NCBI GenBank assembly: GCA_963933215.1
Contig: CAWVSB010000014.1
Coordinates: 1,933-65,932 of the forward strand
Direction of reading: 5' to 3'
Origin: an uncultured Cellvibrionales bacterium
Lineage (GTDB): Bacteria > Pseudomonadota > Gammaproteobacteria > Pseudomonadales > CAWVSB01
DNA: 64,000 nt
The notes below the pieces were generated by a model. The model was given only the letters and a program-made list of their open reading frames with translations, searched no databases and was not told where the DNA came from. Shown here one piece after another: positions 63,556-64,000 of the stretch. Numbering within the stretch: position 1 is the first letter of the stretch; each line of letters begins with the position of its first letter. Made by a program: the position numbers and the translations under genes.

Positions 63556-64000
63556 ATGAAACTTTTAATCAAGGTGAATCAATTTTTAATCAAATTGAGC
63601 CTAGCCTTGATTTTCTTCCCTGTCTGTCGAGAACCTGAAGCGGAGGAAAACGTCGCTGAAGTTAAGTCTGCACAAACTGTAGTATCTCCAAAAACTGTCC
63701 ATACAGCGACAAGCTTGCTTATAGCTCTGGAGGTAAACACAAAGAAAATAAATGGTATTTTTTATGCTGAGAAACATTCCGACGGTAAAATGGTCTTGGC
63801 TGAAAACGCTTGGACTGCATCGAACTTAAACGTCTCAGGTGATAAGTTTGCTATGCGTTTTGGTCTATTTGGTTATGATATTGGGTCATTAAAAGAAGCC
63901 AGTTACGGACTGGATACTTACTCCGAAGTTATTAAAATTAATGCGTCAACTCAGTCATTTGGTGTCATAGATCTTACTAATAAAGTAAATCTAGATCAAT
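63556..64000 (+). CDS. Probable fimbrial usher (CsuD-like), 3'-truncated by the window edge
   Basis: Open frame from ATG 63556 to the window end (MKLLIKVNQF...LLIALEVN...); position after pilin and chaperone. Confidence 0.65.
   Translation, partial: MKLLIKVNQFLIKLSLALIFFPVCREPEAEENVAEVKSAQTVVSPKTVHTATSLLIALEVNTKKINGIFYAEKHSDGKMVLAENAWTASNLNVSGDKFAMRFGLFGYDIGSLKEASYGLDTYSEVIKINASTQSFGVIDLTNKVNLDQ

Overview
Chromosomal window from a moderately AT-rich marine-type gammaproteobacterium (Cellvibrionales-like gene content; this is inference). It is dominated by lipid, steroid and branched-chain catabolism. In order: the 3' part of ppc; a 1,100-aa LVIVD-repeat lipoprotein gene bracketed by a degenerate duplicate of the ybbP 3' end; ybbP/ybbA/tesA and a lone bioA; MaoC/thiolase/SDR genes with a TonB-dependent receptor; a four-gene, apparently all-exported oxidative operon (heme-c/Vgb-like propeller, exported tandem VOC protein, PQQ dehydrogenase, PVA-dehydrogenase-like quinohemoprotein); a TBDR-YfiR-GGDEF/EAL signalling module; an igr-like steroid side-chain cluster (ACAD pair, ChsH2/ChsH1-like, Ltp2-like) split around a TetR gene with a palindromic operator candidate; further beta-oxidation genes; monomeric icd; liuR-liuABCDE; and the start of a Csu-type chaperone-usher pilus operon. 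No rRNA, tRNA, CRISPR array, integrase or transposase was seen. The best candidates for something new are the periplasmic quinoprotein/cytochrome/lyase operon (19990-26653) and the insertion scar around the LVIVD gene. All product calls come from motif recognition by eye, not database searches.
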